NCBI GenBank assembly: GCA_025058425.1
Contig: JANXEG010000001.1
Span: 1-49,058, forward strand
DNA length: 49,058 nucleotides
DNA from: Nitrososphaerales archaeon
GTDB lineage: Archaea; Thermoproteota; Nitrososphaeria; Nitrososphaerales; JANXEG01
Reading direction: 5' to 3'
Part shown: piece after piece, positions 36,687 through 45,704 of the stretch
Numbering within the stretch: position 1 is the stretch's first letter
Layout of the letters: every line of letters begins with the position of its first letter
Translations under genes and position numbers: made by a program
The notes under the pieces: model-generated
Database searches by the model: none
Told to the model about the DNA's origin: nothing
What the model saw: only the letters and a program-made list of their open reading frames with translations

Positions 36687-38675
36687 TCATTCGATTATCG
36701 AACCTGTTTCAGAGTCTACGATCAGACCGGGCGCCCTCTTCATCAACTCCTCTTTAAAGATACTTGATGAAAGCATATCGATAAAGCTCTTTACAGATTC
36801 TTTCTGCAACTTCCTCTTAAGTGTTACAAAGTCGTACCTTTCATCCACCAGTGGTATAAAATGTAGTTTATAATATTCAGCGACGGCCCTTATCCCCACA
36901 CCTACATCGGCTTTACCATACGCGATACTTGCCGCTACAGCCGAATGGGATTTTGCTATCGTATTATAACCAGATATCTTGGATTTGACTTCCTCAAAGC
37001 TCATTCCATGCTCTTCACTATACATCTTAAGGTAACGATCTATCAGTATACGAGTACCAGATCCTGGATTTCGATTGATGAATGTTACATCTTCACGTAA
37101 CAGATCACCTATACCACTGATCTTCTTCGGATTCCCTTGGGCTGTAATGAGCCCCTGCTCTCTCCTATAACCTCTAATCAACACCACTTTGTTTAATAGA
37201 TCAGGGGTTCTAATAAAGGGTAGATTGTATTCGCCAGAAGATTCATCGATCAAATGTATACCGGCAAGGTCGGCTTCACCACGCTTTACTGCATGTAAAC
37301 CTCCCCAAGAGCCTACATTGATCACCTTTGCCGTAAAGCCCGGTCGCACCATCCTTAAACAGCTAAGGAGGATATCGACACCTACACAATGGCTCCCTAT
37401 AATCACCAGGTCAGCCAACTTTAACCTCGGTGTAATCAAATTGACGGTGACCCTCTCATCCTCATCTATAATCGCCCGCTCTTCAGGGATTTCGATGAAT
37501 CCATCGGCCAATGCGAATGTAGTGATCGCTCCAGACCCACCGAGAACGGGGTATGCATAATAATCACCCATTTCTCCCTTCACTATATGGACTGGCAGGT
37601 ACTCCCTCCTACCCTTGGTCGAGAAGATCTTTTGGGCAACCCTCGCTTCAAGGGTCACTTCGATGGAGCCCTCACCGAGGCCCGATAATGTAGTAATTAT
37701 CGGTTGGACGATCAATCGGAAGATGATCATCGCGGATGTAGGATAACCAGGTAGACCGAAGATCGGTTTCCCATCGATTACACCGATGATCGTCGGTTTA
37801 CCGGGCTTTACCGATAAACCATGTACGATCACACCCGGCTTGCCTATCGAATCGATCACCCTGTAGAGCAGATCACCAAGACCGGCTGATGTACCACCTG
37901 ATGTGATCACACAATCGCCACTCTTCAAAGCCTCCCTCAATTTGAGCTCGATATCTGCCCACTCATCCTTCGCGACACCTATCAAGACCGGTTCACCCCC
38001 ACACTCGACCACCGCTCCAGCTATAGAATAGGTATTGATATCGTAGATCTTCCCATACTCGAGAGGTTCGCCCAAGGGTGTTAGCTCGTTACCTGTAGAT
38101 AGAATCGATACCTTGGGCCTTCGATAGACCTTAACACTCTTCAACCCTAGGGCGGCCAAGACCCCGATCTCTCGTGACGTGATCAATTGTCCCCTTCTCA
38201 GTACGAGCTCGCCAACCATGATATCCGAACCTGCCGCGATTATATTCTCATTCGGTGTGACAGCCTTAAAGATACGTACCTTTGAACCGATCTGCTCCGT
38301 ATACTCTACCATAACTACAGCATCCGCACCTTTGGGTATAGCGGCACCAGTCCCGACCTCAACAGCCTCACCCCTATTCACCACCATCGTCGGCCTATCA
38401 CCAGTATCGACCCTACCCACGATATTCAGCTCAACGGGCCTCTCTTCATCAGCACCGAATGTATCCTCAGCCCTCACCGCGAATCCATCCATACCCGCTC
38501 TATCGAAGTTCGGCACATCGATCGATGAAAATACATCCTCAGCCAAGACTCTACCATGAGCATACTCAAGACCGATACTCTCAACACCCAGAGGCTTTGG
38601 TGTATAGTATTGAAGGAGCTTACCCTTTGCTTCTTCGATATTCATGAGGGTCTTGAATATTTTCCTCTTCTCCAT
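36687..38675 (-). CDS. moeA: molybdopterin molybdenumtransferase MoeA fused to a C-terminal periplasmic-binding-protein-like domain
   Basis: 662 aa. MoeA blocks are present (PNFDRAGMDGFAV; ITSGGTSAG; GLPGYPTSA). They are followed by a ~250-aa PBP-like domain (VIIGSHCVGVDIL...NRNPGSGTR), as in archaeal MoeA-PBP fusions. Confidence 0.85.
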   Translation of the reverse strand: MEKRKIFKTLMNIEEAKGKLLQYYTPKPLGVESIGLEYAHGRVLAEDVFSSIDVPNFDRAGMDGFAVRAEDTFGADEERPVELNIVGRVDTGDRPTMVVNRGEAVEVGTGAAIPKGADAVVMVEYTEQIGSKVRIFKAVTPNENIIAAGSDIMVGELVLRRGQLITSREIGVLAALGLKSVKVYRRPKVSILSTGNELTPLGEPLEYGKIYDINTYSIAGAVVECGGEPVLIGVAKDEWADIELKLREALKSGDCVITSGGTSAGLGDLLYRVIDSIGKPGVIVHGLSVKPGKPTIIGVIDGKPIFGLPGYPTSAMIIFRLIVQPIITTLSGLGEGSIEVTLEARVAQKIFSTKGRREYLPVHIVKGEMGDYYAYPVLGGSGAITTFALADGFIEIPEERAIIDEDERVTVNLITPRLKLADLVIIGSHCVGVDILLSCLRMVRPGFTAKVINVGSWGGLHAVKRGEADLAGIHLIDESSGEYNLPFIRTPDLLNKVVLIRGYRREQGLITAQGNPKKISGIGDLLREDVTFINRNPGSGTRILIDRYLKMYSEEHGMSFEEVKSKISGYNTIAKSHSAVAASIAYGKADVGVGIRAVAEYYKLHFIPLVDERYDFVTLKRKLQKESVKSFIDMLSSSIFKEELMKRAPGLIVDSETGSIIE

Positions 38676-38681
38676 CTCACT

Positions 38682-39935
38682 CTACCCCTCCATTACAGGC
38701 CCTATCAGAGTAACCTCCACAAGATCTCCAACTTCATAACCCTCTACATTCTCTGGTATGACGAGGATACCATTCGCCCTCGTCATACTGGTAAGTATAC
38801 CGGAGCCACTCGCCCTCAACGGTTCAACGAAGTATTCATCACCCATCTTCTTTACAAGGACACGGACGAACGTCCTTAAGCCCGTTGGGTGTGGTATTCG
38901 ACGCATAACTTTACCCCTAATGGTGGGTTTTGGTTCTTCCTGTGTAGAGAGGAGGCGTAATAGGAGCGGTTTGACGAATAGGTTGAAGCCCACGATGGCA
39001 GCTATAGGGTATCCGGAGAGCATCACTATCGGTCTTTCATCTACAACCCCTATACCAGTGGGCATCCCAGGCCGAATCGATATACCATGTGCTATAACCC
39101 CTGGCTTACCAAGGCGGTTCACAGCCTCGGGTACCAGATCTGACTTTCCCACCGAGGTGCCTCCACTGACTACGATGATATCTGCTTCTTTTAAGCCCAT
39201 CCTCAGCTTCGATACGATAGCATCTATATCGTCTGGAGCGATACCTAGATCGATGGCCTTACCACCCAACTCCTCAACCATCGATGATATTATCAACCTA
39301 TTCACATCTATCGTCTTACCTGTAGCAACGGATGTGCCGAGCTCTGCCAATTCATCCCCTGTAGATAGAACTGCTACCTTCGGCATTCGAAAGACACTCA
39401 CCTTTACGAAGCCGAGGCTCGCCAGAACGCCCAGATGTTGTGGTTTAAGCCTTGTACCCTTTCTCAATACGGTATCGCCCTTTTTAATATCTTCACCCAT
39501 CCTCGACACATTCTCACCCGGAGCCACGGATAAATATACCTCGATTCTCCCCTCATCGATCCTCTTCGTATTCTCCACCATGACTACGGCGTCCGCACCG
39601 TGAGGGATTATCGAGCCCGTGGATACTTCTACAGCCTCCAACCTCCCGACCTTTAAGTCTGGAACTTCACCTATTCTTACCGATCCTATCACGGTAAGAA
39701 TGCACGGATTCGTCTGGGAAGCGCCGAACGTATCCTCCGCTATTACAGCATAGCCATCTACGGCAGATTTATCGAAGGGTGGCAGATTTACAGGTGCGAT
39801 CACATCCTTGCCCAGGATCCTATTCAAGCCATCCTTAAGATACACCTCTTCCACCTCTAACTCCTTCATTCGAATATTTTTGTACAAGAGTCGAGTCGCT
39901 TCTTCGACACTTAAAGTCTCTTTAAACTCCTTCAA
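38682..39935 (-). CDS. moeA: molybdopterin molybdenumtransferase MoeA (second paralogue)
   Basis: 417 aa with PPFDKSAVDGYAV, VSGGTSVGKSD and LSGYPIAA blocks. Located 6 nt upstream of the fused paralogue. Confidence 0.88.
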   Translation of the reverse strand: MKEFKETLSVEEATRLLYKNIRMKELEVEEVYLKDGLNRILGKDVIAPVNLPPFDKSAVDGYAVIAEDTFGASQTNPCILTVIGSVRIGEVPDLKVGRLEAVEVSTGSIIPHGADAVVMVENTKRIDEGRIEVYLSVAPGENVSRMGEDIKKGDTVLRKGTRLKPQHLGVLASLGFVKVSVFRMPKVAVLSTGDELAELGTSVATGKTIDVNRLIISSMVEELGGKAIDLGIAPDDIDAIVSKLRMGLKEADIIVVSGGTSVGKSDLVPEAVNRLGKPGVIAHGISIRPGMPTGIGVVDERPIVMLSGYPIAAIVGFNLFVKPLLLRLLSTQEEPKPTIRGKVMRRIPHPTGLRTFVRVLVKKMGDEYFVEPLRASGSGILTSMTRANGILVIPENVEGYEVGDLVEVTLIGPVMEG

Positions 39936-40051
39936 CCTTAATCACCATAATTCTAAGACTTATTAATATGTAAACCCTTGTGAGAACCTCCACAGATCTA
40001 TATTTATTCTTTAAAATACCCTATAATCCCCATTCACACATTTATATCCAC

Positions 40052-40282
40052 TCACCTTAAGAGGTTCCAGATCAGATAGATCAATCCCAAGATGATCAGG
40101 ATCGGTGACGTGGCGAAGAAGAAACCATCACTGCGATAGATATAAAGGATGATGGGAGGAATGCGTTGCAGAATTTCTAAAGATGGGATGGCACGGATTA
40201 CGAATGGTATCAAGAATAGCACAATCCCTATCAGGATCAGGATTATGCCCGATATCGAAAGTAGTTGTAGTCCGTTAGACAT
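40052..40282 (-). CDS. small two-helix membrane protein, unknown function
   Basis: 76 aa with two long hydrophobic segments. An AAAATAAAT TATA-like element lies about 26 nt upstream of the ATG, which suggests a leaderless transcript. Confidence 0.4.
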   Translation of the reverse strand: MSNGLQLLSISGIILILIGIVLFLIPFVIRAIPSLEILQRIPPIILYIYRSDGFFFATSPILIILGLIYLIWNLLR

Positions 40283-40620
40283 CCTAGAGTAATGGTAAGA
40301 AAAGATTTATTTTAGGTTTTCCGAGCCGCTCTAAATTACCACGAGAAGGATTCACGATATGATATTAACTTCCAGCAACATCATGACATGTCTTGAACCT
40401 TATAAGAGAACAAAGATTCATTCATAGTGATATTAAAGAGTCTGGTTTTGGCTATATACCAATGTTAAAACTTTAGCAGAAGGTATTTCTAGTATCTATC
40501 AAAAGATCCACATTCGATCCTTCACTCATTAATATTCACTCCTATACGAGGCCGAAATAATTTTTTGATTTATGAACTGCAATCTTTACATATTTACATC
40601 TTTATCGTTAGATACCATCT

Positions 40621-41130
40621 TTAAAATTTGTAACCGATCTTTCTCAAGAATTCCCGTCTCTTCGCTTTATCCTCCTCCGTCTCCACCCCTTTACTCTTTA
40701 CACCATCGATCACACCAAGAACACCCCTACCCTGTTCGGTCTCTGCGATGATCACTTCAACGGGATTCGCCGTGGCGCAGAAGATGTTTACCACTTCATC
40801 GACTCTCTTTACTCTCTCCAACACATTTATCGGATAGGCATTCTTTAATGTGATTACAAAGACATGGCCAGCTGAAAGTTTTAAAGCGAAATTTACGGCC
40901 AGATCTTCTAACTCTTTATCATTCCCATCATGCCTAATTAAAGCTGGTCCACTCGATTCACAAAAAGCGATTCCGAACTTTATAGCACTACCACTCGTTA
41001 TTAAAGCTTCGTATAAATCTTCGACAGTCTTTATAAAATGGCTCTGGCCCAATATGATATTCACCCCTGCAGGGATTTCTAACTTTACTACCGAGAGTTC
41101 CATAGCTCTACCAACCCCTGAATTATTCAT
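40621..41130 (-). CDS. PF04008-family protein (PAE2307-like, annotated as adenosine-specific kinase)
   Basis: 169 aa. Blocks NIILGQSHFIKTVEDLYEAL, IKFGIAFCESSG, FCATANPVEVI and GRGVLGVIDG match my memory of this conserved archaeal family. The start may be the internal MELSVVKLE. Confidence 0.6.
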   Translation of the reverse strand: MNNSGVGRAMELSVVKLEIPAGVNIILGQSHFIKTVEDLYEALITSGSAIKFGIAFCESSGPALIRHDGNDKELEDLAVNFALKLSAGHVFVITLKNAYPINVLERVKRVDEVVNIFCATANPVEVIIAETEQGRGVLGVIDGVKSKGVETEEDKAKRREFLRKIGYKF

Positions 41131-41156
41131 AAATATCGAATATTAAGTATTTTTAC

Positions 41157-42185
41157 TCATCGGAAGAACTTATTCTCGAACTCTTTGATCAGCATCTTCA
41201 TACCTTTAATCTGACCATCGATCCTTTGTCGATCGACGATCAACTCTAGCATATTTATAACATCTGCCTTAAAGTTAGGATAATTCATAAGCTCAGAGAT
41301 CACCACGTCATACTTAGGATTGATCTTCATACTTCGAGAGATAGCATCATAAAGTGATTCTATACCTCTAACTATCATATAACTCAAGTAGCAGTACGCC
41401 TGGACTATACTGCCAATACTGACCAAGTATTTCACACGCTCTTTGACCAAAGGATATTCAAGATGTAATGGTAGATCGTACGATAGGTATGCATGATCAT
41501 TAAACTCGGTGTAAAGTTCAGCCATTTTACCGAAGGCTTCGACCATTCTCTTTATCGAGGTCTCATTTGCAAAATCCAATCCCATTACATCTATAATGAT
41601 CTCTATCATATTAGATTGAGTAGGGTTCGAGATGGCCCGAATTTGATCGAAAAGATGGCTCGGTCTGGGCACATCCAAGGAGTGGGTGATTAAGGCCTTT
41701 ACATAATCGTATGCTGTAGATTTTAACCAAAAGTTGGCGCTCATCAGATCATTCTGTAAAAAGCTATTGTGTGACCTCGCGAGCTTCATCAAAGCTCGGT
41801 ATAGACATTCATTAACGAATCTTGATTTAAATCTGCTTACGTATTCCTTAACGTTCGACTTTAATGAATGGAGCCTCCAATCATGATCTACGAATATCTG
41901 AATATCCTTTAAAGCCATACCTAACCATGGATCGATCTTATCCAACTCGATACCCCTCGCTATATGGATTATATCTAAAGTATGCTCTTGAAATGAAATC
42001 CTCGACTGGTACGCTTCATGCTCATTATGCCCATCATACCCATTTACTATCAAAAGATCGTATTCACAGATAGGATGGTTTACCTTTACAGCACGGCATC
42101 CTATAAGCCCTATCGAAGCTTCCGGATAATTAATCTGCATGTAATCTACGATTTTCTTTAAAGGTTCTCCTTCTGCATCGCACAT
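41157..42185 (-). CDS. hypothetical protein, possibly a degenerate nucleotidyltransferase-like N-terminus plus an all-helical C-terminal domain
   Basis: 342 aa with no family recognised. IGLIGCRAV...EYDLLIV...LDIIHI loosely resembles the GS-x(n)-DxD-x(n)-D layout of minimal nucleotidyltransferases. Located 27 nt upstream of the PF04008 gene on the same strand. Confidence 0.35.
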   Translation of the reverse strand: MCDAEGEPLKKIVDYMQINYPEASIGLIGCRAVKVNHPICEYDLLIVNGYDGHNEHEAYQSRISFQEHTLDIIHIARGIELDKIDPWLGMALKDIQIFVDHDWRLHSLKSNVKEYVSRFKSRFVNECLYRALMKLARSHNSFLQNDLMSANFWLKSTAYDYVKALITHSLDVPRPSHLFDQIRAISNPTQSNMIEIIIDVMGLDFANETSIKRMVEAFGKMAELYTEFNDHAYLSYDLPLHLEYPLVKERVKYLVSIGSIVQAYCYLSYMIVRGIESLYDAISRSMKINPKYDVVISELMNYPNFKADVINMLELIVDRQRIDGQIKGMKMLIKEFENKFFR

Positions 42186-42325
42186 CGATCATATCTACCA
42201 ATCAAAAGTATAAAGCTTTAAGATGTTTAAGGATTGTAGGTAAGGCGAATGTAAAAAATTCTGATATACCGGATTGGAATATTCAATTATTTACTCTCGT
42301 GCTGAGTACTGATCGATTTATTACT

Positions 42326-42357
42326 TTTTAAATCTTAATAACGGTTAAGATTTAAAA
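42326..42357. promoter_or_regulatory. perfect 13-bp inverted repeat TTTTAAATCTTAA-N6-TTAAGATTTAAAA upstream of the stand-alone RAM-domain gene
   Basis: Read directly: left arm 42326..42338, spacer TAACGG, right arm 42345..42357. It lies 36-67 nt upstream of ATG 42393, where a BRE/TATA would be expected. Confidence 0.5.
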
Positions 42358-42392
42358 GGGAGTTTTTACTAATTTTACATGTGATTGAATAG

Positions 42393-42623
42393 ATGGCCAT
42401 GGCGTATGTGCTCATAAATGCAGAATTAGGAAAAGAAGCAGAATTGATGAAAGAGTTAAAGGCGATAGATGGTGTTAAAGAGGTTTATTTTGTGTATGGC
42501 GTGTATGATATTATCGTGAAGATCGAGGCAGAAAATGTGGAGAAGTTGAAGGAAGCGGTCATCAATAGGATAAGGCGCATCGATAAAGTCAGATCGACAC
42601 TTACCATGATCGTAATTACATAA
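42393..42623 (+). CDS. stand-alone RAM (Lrp/AsnC ligand-binding) domain protein
   Basis: 76 aa. AYVLINAELGKEAELMKELKAIDGVKEVYFVYGVYDIIVKIEA...L is the beta-alpha-beta-beta-alpha-beta pattern of the AsnC-type C-terminal domain, without an HTH. Confidence 0.75.
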   Translation: MAMAYVLINAELGKEAELMKELKAIDGVKEVYFVYGVYDIIVKIEAENVEKLKEAVINRIRRIDKVRSTLTMIVIT

Positions 42624-42738
42624 TCACATAATTGCATCATACCAATCGCCATCGAGGCGCTCAGTTTATATCCTCTTAAATATTAAATCATAAATATACG
42701 CGTGGTTGCCATCGATCGAATGAGGGGCTGAAATTAAT

Positions 42739-43275
42739 ATGTGTATAGTAGGGAAGAGCGATCTTATAAAGCTCATTGAGAAGTATAAATGCATATTCCC
42801 ATTCGATTACCAGTTGCTCGATGGTGATGGTTACGTATTGACGGTTAAAGAGGAGACAACACTTCATTACCTTGAGCATAAAAACCTCATCTCTTATGAG
42901 ATAGTATTCACACCACCGGGCTATGTTGCGCACTTAACGGCGAAGAGTAAGTATGGGAGGCTGGGCCTATCATTCTTGAATGCTGCGAAGGTTCATAGCG
43001 GATTTGTGGGTAGATTGGCTCTGGAGCTCGTCAACCTTAGTAACGATCGTAAACCGATTACAATAAAGCGTGGTGACCCTCTTATGCATATCGAATTTCT
43101 TACTCGTACAGGGGAGTATTCACCATATACAGGCGAATACTTCTTCCAATATATGACCGATGAAGAAGTATCGCTCTACATAAACCTCCTTCTAAGAGAG
43201 TTTAAAGGGATCTTTTCAGAAGAATTTCTCATTCAAAAGTCGAAAAGGAGAGTAGGGGTAGAAATCGCTCCTTAA
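42739..43275 (+). CDS. dcd: dCTP deaminase / dUTPase-superfamily protein
   Basis: 178 aa. AKSKYGRLGLSFLNAAKVHSGFVGRLALELVNLSNDRKPITIKRGDPLMHIEF aligns by eye with the GRSSLGR...D.GF.G.ITLE..N...P..L..G..I.Q..F core of archaeal Dcd. Confidence 0.6.
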   Translation: MCIVGKSDLIKLIEKYKCIFPFDYQLLDGDGYVLTVKEETTLHYLEHKNLISYEIVFTPPGYVAHLTAKSKYGRLGLSFLNAAKVHSGFVGRLALELVNLSNDRKPITIKRGDPLMHIEFLTRTGEYSPYTGEYFFQYMTDEEVSLYINLLLREFKGIFSEEFLIQKSKRRVGVEIAP

Positions 43276-43406
43276 AGACCAAGTTATTTGCACACCTCAA
43301 AAGGGTGTAAGGTTTAGGGTTTAATCTTCATAAAATTAAGAAATTAAGGAAATGATCCACTACGAGTAGGGATCGAATCTGATCTTAGCCTAGTGATCTT
43401 AGAATT

Positions 43407-44357
43407 CTAAAGTTTTAATGCAGCTTTGAGCCCTTTGTAACGATTTCTGATCGTTACCTCTGTTACACCAGCCGCTTCTGCCACATCCTTTTGAGTCTTA
43501 TTCTCACCCTCGAGAACACATGCTACATAAAGAGCTGCAGCGGCGAGGCCCATCGGATCCTTTCCAGCAGAGATTCGAGATTCCATAGCTTTCTTCAGAA
43601 TCTCCAACGCCCTTCTCTTCGTCTTTTCGGAGAGGCCGGCTTTACTCGCGATCCTGGCGATACATCTGATGGGATTTACTACAGGCATCTTCAAATCTAA
43701 CTCTCTGATCAAAAGCCTATAGCAACGTGCAATATCCTTCTTCTTCACATTACTGACGGTTGAAATATCCTTCAGAGTCCTCGGTGTTTCGGTATCTCTA
43801 CATGCAGCATATAATGATGCTGCGATCAGAGCTGAGATCGATCTACCCCTTACGAGCCCTTTCTCTAGAGCCTTTCGATAGATGTACGCTGACTTTTCTA
43901 TAACGGCTTCACTCACATTCAGCTTATCGGCGAGCCTATCCAACTCGCTAAATGCTTGCCTTAAATTCCTATCCATCGGCTCATGAACCTGGCTTCGACC
44001 ATCCCATGTACGGAGGCGCTCTATGGTAGTTCTCATGGATGCTGATAACGACTTGCCCGATGCATCACGATCCTCCGGTCCAATGACCGTTGCTAAGCCC
44101 ATATCGTGCATCGCCAATGATGATGGTATACCCGTACGGCTACGATCCTCCTTCTCCTCTTTTGAGAAGGCCCTCCATTCGGGCCCCACTTCTTCGATCT
44201 TCTCTTTAAGGACGTAGCCACAGTTGCTACACAGCAACTCCCCTCCAGCTGTATCTACTACCATCGGCCCTTTACCACATCGAGGGCAGCGTTCGATAAA
44301 ACGCTGTAGTTTAGATAACGTTGGAGAATCTTTATCAAAATCCATCTTAAACACCAT
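43407..44357 (-). CDS. tfb: transcription initiation factor IIB (TFB)
   Basis: 316 aa with an N-terminal Zn ribbon (CPRCGKGPMVVDTAGGELLCSNCG), a B-reader/linker and two cyclin-like repeats (RGRSISALIAASLYAACR; GKDPMGLAAAALYVAC). Confidence 0.92.
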   Translation of the reverse strand: MVFKMDFDKDSPTLSKLQRFIERCPRCGKGPMVVDTAGGELLCSNCGYVLKEKIEEVGPEWRAFSKEEKEDRSRTGIPSSLAMHDMGLATVIGPEDRDASGKSLSASMRTTIERLRTWDGRSQVHEPMDRNLRQAFSELDRLADKLNVSEAVIEKSAYIYRKALEKGLVRGRSISALIAASLYAACRDTETPRTLKDISTVSNVKKKDIARCYRLLIRELDLKMPVVNPIRCIARIASKAGLSEKTKRRALEILKKAMESRISAGKDPMGLAAAALYVACVLEGENKTQKDVAEAAGVTEVTIRNRYKGLKAALKL

Positions 44358-44374
44358 TAAAGTTTTTTACCGTT

Positions 44375-44407
44375 AAGCTTAAATAGAGCTTAAAAATATT
44401 TAAGCTT
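44375..44407. promoter_or_regulatory. perfect 11-bp inverted repeat AAGCTTAAATA-N11-TATTTAAGCTT in the tfb promoter region
   Basis: Read directly: arms at 44375..44385 and 44397..44407. The spacer GAGCTTAAAAA is itself a 9/11 direct copy of the arm. On the tfb strand, TATTTAAGCTT begins 28 nt before ATG 44357, as expected for a TATA box of a leaderless or near-leaderless mRNA. Confidence 0.5.
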
Positions 44408-44473
44408 TTCCTTGCAAGCTATTTGTCAATATTTTATCTACATCCTTAAGATTAAGTATGTAAATATTTGTTC

Positions 44474-45475
44474 TCATCGCCTTAATCTTTTAAATATCAT
44501 AAATACTATAATTAGATATCCAAGGAAGCCTGTGATGATCACAGAGATATTCGCCAAATCTGTAACATATAGGATCTTCAAAACCTTATTAAGATAATAG
44601 TATGCACTAGTGAAGTAATTAAAGGCCCAGTGTAAAAGTACCGCTGCATGGAATCCATAATTTATATATAACCAACCTAACGCGATCCCTGCCAACGTCG
44701 CTTGGCTCAACTTGCCAACCTCCCAGCCTGCACCATAAGTTATATGGGCCAATCCGAAGATTATACCACTTAAGATTACCATTACGTTTAATATTCCTAC
44801 CTCTTTAGATGTTTTGTTCTTCTTAACGATTAACTTATCGAGACAACCTTTAGGATGCCACAGAGCGTAAAGTATACTTCTTAACCTTCCATCGGCCATG
44901 AATGCTAAGTAAGCAGCTATTAAACCTATGAAACTCAATCTGAAACCTATCTCTTCAACGAGTGGGGCTGTAGAAATCGAAACGAACATCATTATGGGGT
45001 CTCTTTCAGGTATGGTACCCGTGGGTATGCCCGAACGTTCTTGAAGGTATTGGAGAATGATCGTAGTCACCACAAGTACGGTGAATATCGATGTGATGGT
45101 GAGGATCGCGTTATTTAAAATCCTTTTAGGCCCCTCTCTATAGACCTCCTTAACGACTTTGATGAGGTTAATAGGGTTATTAAGGGCGATGATGAAGAAT
45201 ATAAGATAGATAATCCAAGAAAGAGTAAAGAGCATATATACTCTAATGGGGATCGATATAGGGATGGGTAAACCCGCTATAAATATATGAAATATATTGA
45301 TCAAACTTCTGCCCGATATACTCCCTTCTCTTGTAAAGAAGATTAAATAGATTCCGATGATAAATGAGAAGAGCATCAGGATTACGACGAATAAGGCGCT
45401 AAATACGAAGATGGTGCCCAATAGTATAGGAAGCTTATCATACTCCTCTTTTGTATAGTTAAAGGATTTTGACAA
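44474..45475 (-). CDS. CPBP-family (CAAX/Abi) intramembrane glutamic protease
   Basis: 333 aa polytopic membrane protein with APLVEEIGFRL (EExxxR), FGLAHI and HWAFN motifs. Confidence 0.8.
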   Translation of the reverse strand: MSKSFNYTKEEYDKLPILLGTIFVFSALFVVILMLFSFIIGIYLIFFTREGSISGRSLINIFHIFIAGLPIPISIPIRVYMLFTLSWIIYLIFFIIALNNPINLIKVVKEVYREGPKRILNNAILTITSIFTVLVVTTIILQYLQERSGIPTGTIPERDPIMMFVSISTAPLVEEIGFRLSFIGLIAAYLAFMADGRLRSILYALWHPKGCLDKLIVKKNKTSKEVGILNVMVILSGIIFGLAHITYGAGWEVGKLSQATLAGIALGWLYINYGFHAAVLLHWAFNYFTSAYYYLNKVLKILYVTDLANISVIITGFLGYLIIVFMIFKRLRR

Positions 45476-45704
45476 TTACCTTCTCCTAAGAGCTAAGAAG
45501 CCCTTCGCCTTCAAATACCATCATCTATAGATCATGCGCACCATAAAAGTATAACTTTGGTGTTATCGAAGTAGCTGAATAAAAAGGAATTTATATATAG
45601 ATTAAAGGGATTGCTGTGGGAATGAATTTGTGATATAATCGATCAAAAAATACTTTAGGATTAACTCATTCTAAATCTATGTCGTCGTTTACTCATGGTT
45701 ATAT

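Noticed and set aside
38758-39603. 281-aa ORF on the + strand, the longest unexplained ORF in the track
   Set aside because: It lies entirely antisense to the well-supported moeA gene. Its composition is Ser/Thr/Pro/Ile-rich and low in complexity, as is typical of the reverse frame of a real gene. It has no motif, no SD and no promoter context.
43290-43312. Short hairpin ACACC-TCAAAAG-GGTGT after the dcd-like gene
   Set aside because: The stem is only 5 bp and has no following T-run. It is too weak to call a terminator.
44412-44597. 61-aa + strand ORF starting next to the tfb promoter palindrome
   Set aside because: It starts with TTG and is extremely Ile/Asn/Lys/Tyr-rich, reflecting AT-rich spacer. 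It overlaps the 3' end of the CPBP protease gene in antisense. No independent support exists.
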